Shown here piece by piece: positions 61,857 through 64,000 of a stretch of DNA of 64,000 nucleotides (its first letter is position 1; the number at the start of each line of letters is the position of its first letter). Below the pieces are notes generated by a model. That model was not told the origin of the DNA. It was given only the letters and a program-made list of their open reading frames with translations, and did no database searches. Source of the DNA: an uncultured Actinomycetota bacterium (GTDB lineage Bacteria > Actinomycetota > Actinomycetes > Streptosporangiales > Streptosporangiaceae); NCBI GenBank assembly GCA_963785645.1, contig CAWAWG010000002.1:156839-220838 (forward strand), written 5' to 3'. Position numbers and translations under genes: made by a program.

Positions 61857-62963
61857 ATGAAGACCAAGGCCGCGGTCCTCTGGGATCTGAACGAGAAGTG
61901 GCAGGTCGAGGAGGTTGAGCTCGACGCACCGAAGGAGAGCGAGGTCCTGGTCAAGCTGACCGCGAGCGGACTCTGCCACTCCGACGAGCATCTGGTCACC
62001 GGCGACATCCCGATGCCGTTCCCTGTGGTCGGCGGCCACGAGGGCGCTGGCATAGTGGTCGGCACCGGTGCCGATGTCACGCATGTCGGTGAGGGCGACT
62101 CCGTGGTCCTCAGCTTCCTGCCATCTTGCGGCCGGTGCTCGTATTGCGCCCGCGGCATGCAGAACCTGTGCGATCTCGGCGCCTTCCTTATCAACGGCCC
62201 GCAACTCGACGGCACCTACCGGTTCCATGCCCGCGGCCAGGGGCTCGGCCAGATGTGCCTGCTCGGCACCTTCTCCGAGTACACGGTCGTCCCGGCGGCG
62301 TCGGTCGTGAAGGTAGACGACGGCACCGCGCTCGACAAGGCCGCGCTGGTCGGATGCGGCGTGACGACCGGCTACGGCAGCGCTGTGCGTACCGCCGAGG
62401 TCAGGGCAGGCGAGACGGTCGTGGTGATGGGCATCGGCGGTATCGGGATCAACGCCGTCCAGGGGGCCAGGATCGCGGGGGCGCGGAACATCATCGCGAT
62501 CGACCCGGTGCAGTTCAAACGCGACAAGGCCCTGGAGTTCGGTGCCACGCACACCGCGGCCACGGTGGAGGAAGCGGCCCTGCTGGTGGCGGAACTGACC
62601 CGTAACCAGATGGCCGACTCCTTTATCATCACCACCGACGTCGCCGAGGCCGACTACATCGGACCCGCGCTCGACCTGGTCGCCAAGCGCGGAAAGGTCG
62701 TCATCACGGCCGTCGGTCACCCGGACGCCGACCAGATGAGCGGTTCCTTGTTCCTGCTCACCATGATGGAGAAGCAGATACGGGGCTCGCTGTACGGGTC
62801 CTCCAACGCCCAGCACGACATTCCCCGGATGCTGGACCTCTACAACAAGGGGCAGCTTAAGCTCGACGAGCTGATCACCAGGGAGTATGCCCTGGAAAAC
62901 ATCAATCAGGGCTACGAGGACATGCGCAACGGCCTCAACATCCGCGGGCTGATCCGCTACTGA
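61857..62963 (+). CDS. Zn-dependent (NDMA-dependent type) alcohol dehydrogenase
   Basis: GLCHSDEH, GGHEGAG, CGRCSYC..C, GCGVTTG. Confidence 0.9.
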   Translation: MKTKAAVLWDLNEKWQVEEVELDAPKESEVLVKLTASGLCHSDEHLVTGDIPMPFPVVGGHEGAGIVVGTGADVTHVGEGDSVVLSFLPSCGRCSYCARGMQNLCDLGAFLINGPQLDGTYRFHARGQGLGQMCLLGTFSEYTVVPAASVVKVDDGTALDKAALVGCGVTTGYGSAVRTAEVRAGETVVVMGIGGIGINAVQGARIAGARNIIAIDPVQFKRDKALEFGATHTAATVEEAALLVAELTRNQMADSFIITTDVAEADYIGPALDLVAKRGKVVITAVGHPDADQMSGSLFLLTMMEKQIRGSLYGSSNAQHDIPRMLDLYNKGQLKLDELITREYALENINQGYEDMRNGLNIRGLIRY

Positions 62964-63154
62964 GCCGGACCGGTGATGCTCGGACCCGGGAACGGCCGAT
63001 TGCCGCTTCCGGGCCCGACCACGCTAGGGCGGCGAACAGAATCGCCCGGGCCGGGATAACGGCCCAAGGGGCCACGGCTCTTTGACTAGGCGTTCCCGCG
63101 GGCCGGTGGAATTCCTTTGGAGCGGGATCCGGGCGGCTTGCCTTATGCGATTGC

Positions 63155-63410
63155 TTATGAGGCTGCCGACTCGGTTTTTACCGGGCAGATGCTCTGGTAG
63201 GGCAGGCCCGGAGCGTACTGTGCCCATTCGGCGGGAGTTAGCGACCGGCCGGCCGATGCACACAGAAGCTGCCCGGGATCTGGCAGGTAGGCCACGTCCC
63301 ACAGTCGCACCGCGTCGTCCTCGCTGCCGATGGCCAGGGTCTCGCCGTCCTGGCCGAACGCCACCGAGTCGATCACCGCACCGCCCGGGGCCGTGAATTC
63401 GGTACACCTT
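63155..63410 (-). pseudogene. C-terminal remnant of a WD40-repeat (STAND-type) protein
   Basis: VAFGQDGETLAIGSED..VRLWDV and LCASAGRSLTPAEWAQYAPGLPYQSICP. Confidence 0.7.
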
Positions 63411-63493
63411 TCCTGGGCCGCGTCGGCGACCAAGATCAACTTATGTTAAGGGCGCGTCTCGAAATAACACGCGGGTTCCGGTTCTGGCGCTCT

Positions 63494-64000
63494 CTAGTGT
63501 GGTATGCGGTCCCGTGACCTGCAGCGAGTCGTTCCCGGGCCGCAGAGCGGCGGCCGATTGTCCTCCGACATCACCGCAGGCCAAGCAGGTGAGCATACTC
63601 GCGGGGACAGAAACAGAAGTCTGCGTGTTAATAATCTGCGCGCTCTAAGTGGCATTGCACTCCGGTGTGCAAAACTATCCACCGCAGTGCCCGTCCCTCC
63701 GCCAGGCGCGGCGATGCGCTGATGAAGGCGTAACGGCGAGGTTGCGCTGGCCGGCCCGGGTTCTGGGTTCGCCGACAGCCTGCGGACGGAGCGGGTGGAG
63801 AGCGCCAGCGCGTTTCCTCCGGTCACGAGAAGGCCGGCGGCGATTAGCGTCGTTCCGGTCCCGGCCGCTGCGGCGACGGGCCCGACAGCGAGCAGCCCGA
63901 GCGGCCCCAGCACGAATGACCCGAGGGCGTCGTAGGAGCTTACCCGGGACAGTTTGTCGCCCGGGACGTGCTCTTGCAGGGCTGTCGTCCACAGCACCTC
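63494..64000 (-). CDS. MFS transporter, C-terminal part (runs off the window; true 3' end uncertain)
   Basis: WTTALQEHVPGDKLSRVSSYDALGS..PLG motif. Confidence 0.8.
   Translation of the reverse strand, partial: EVLWTTALQEHVPGDKLSRVSSYDALGSFVLGPLGLLAVGPVAAAAGTGTTLIAAGLLVTGGNALALSTRSVRRLSANPEPGPASATSPLRLHQRIAAPGGGTGTAVDSFAHRSAMPLRARRLLTRRLLFLSPRVCSPAWPAVMSEDNRPPLCGPGTTRCRSRDRIPH

Overview
High-GC actinobacterial chromosomal window; gene content suggests a soil actinomycete (inference). Main blocks: (i) 0.1-9 kb: ABC permeases, TetR, AAA-DUF4143 ATPase, thioredoxin, an actinohivin-like lectin and gene remnants. (ii) A steroid side-chain degradation cluster split in two (kstR2-like, fadE26/27, F420-LLM, fadD19, echA19 at 9-17 kb; acyl-CoA ligase, OB-fold, ltp4, ltp3, cyp125, fadA5 at 22.8-30.2 kb). 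It carries clear KstR (TnnAACnnGTTnnA) and KstR2 (AnCAAGnnCTTGnT) operators, and a remote KstR box precedes a Zn-ADH at 61.8 kb. (iii) A truncated kinase/response regulator pair with formaldehyde dehydrogenase. (iv) A guanidine/urea carboxylase operon (permease, cgdAB-like, uca, atzF, TetR). Its cgdB-uca junction holds MIRU-like 77-bp translationally coupled repeats and in-frame ~155-bp repeats. (v) An accessory region with an ATPase-nuclease, a degenerate PLD protein and an orphan LAL + StrR regulator pair. The most unusual non-coding signals are a ~340-bp quasi-palindromic element present twice in inverted orientation (21.5 and 46.0 kb) with an identical 59-bp core, and a loop-less 42-bp perfect palindrome at 22114. 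Many single-base frameshifts suggest sequencing or assembly errors. No rRNA, tRNA or CRISPR array was seen. All calls were made by eye without database searches.
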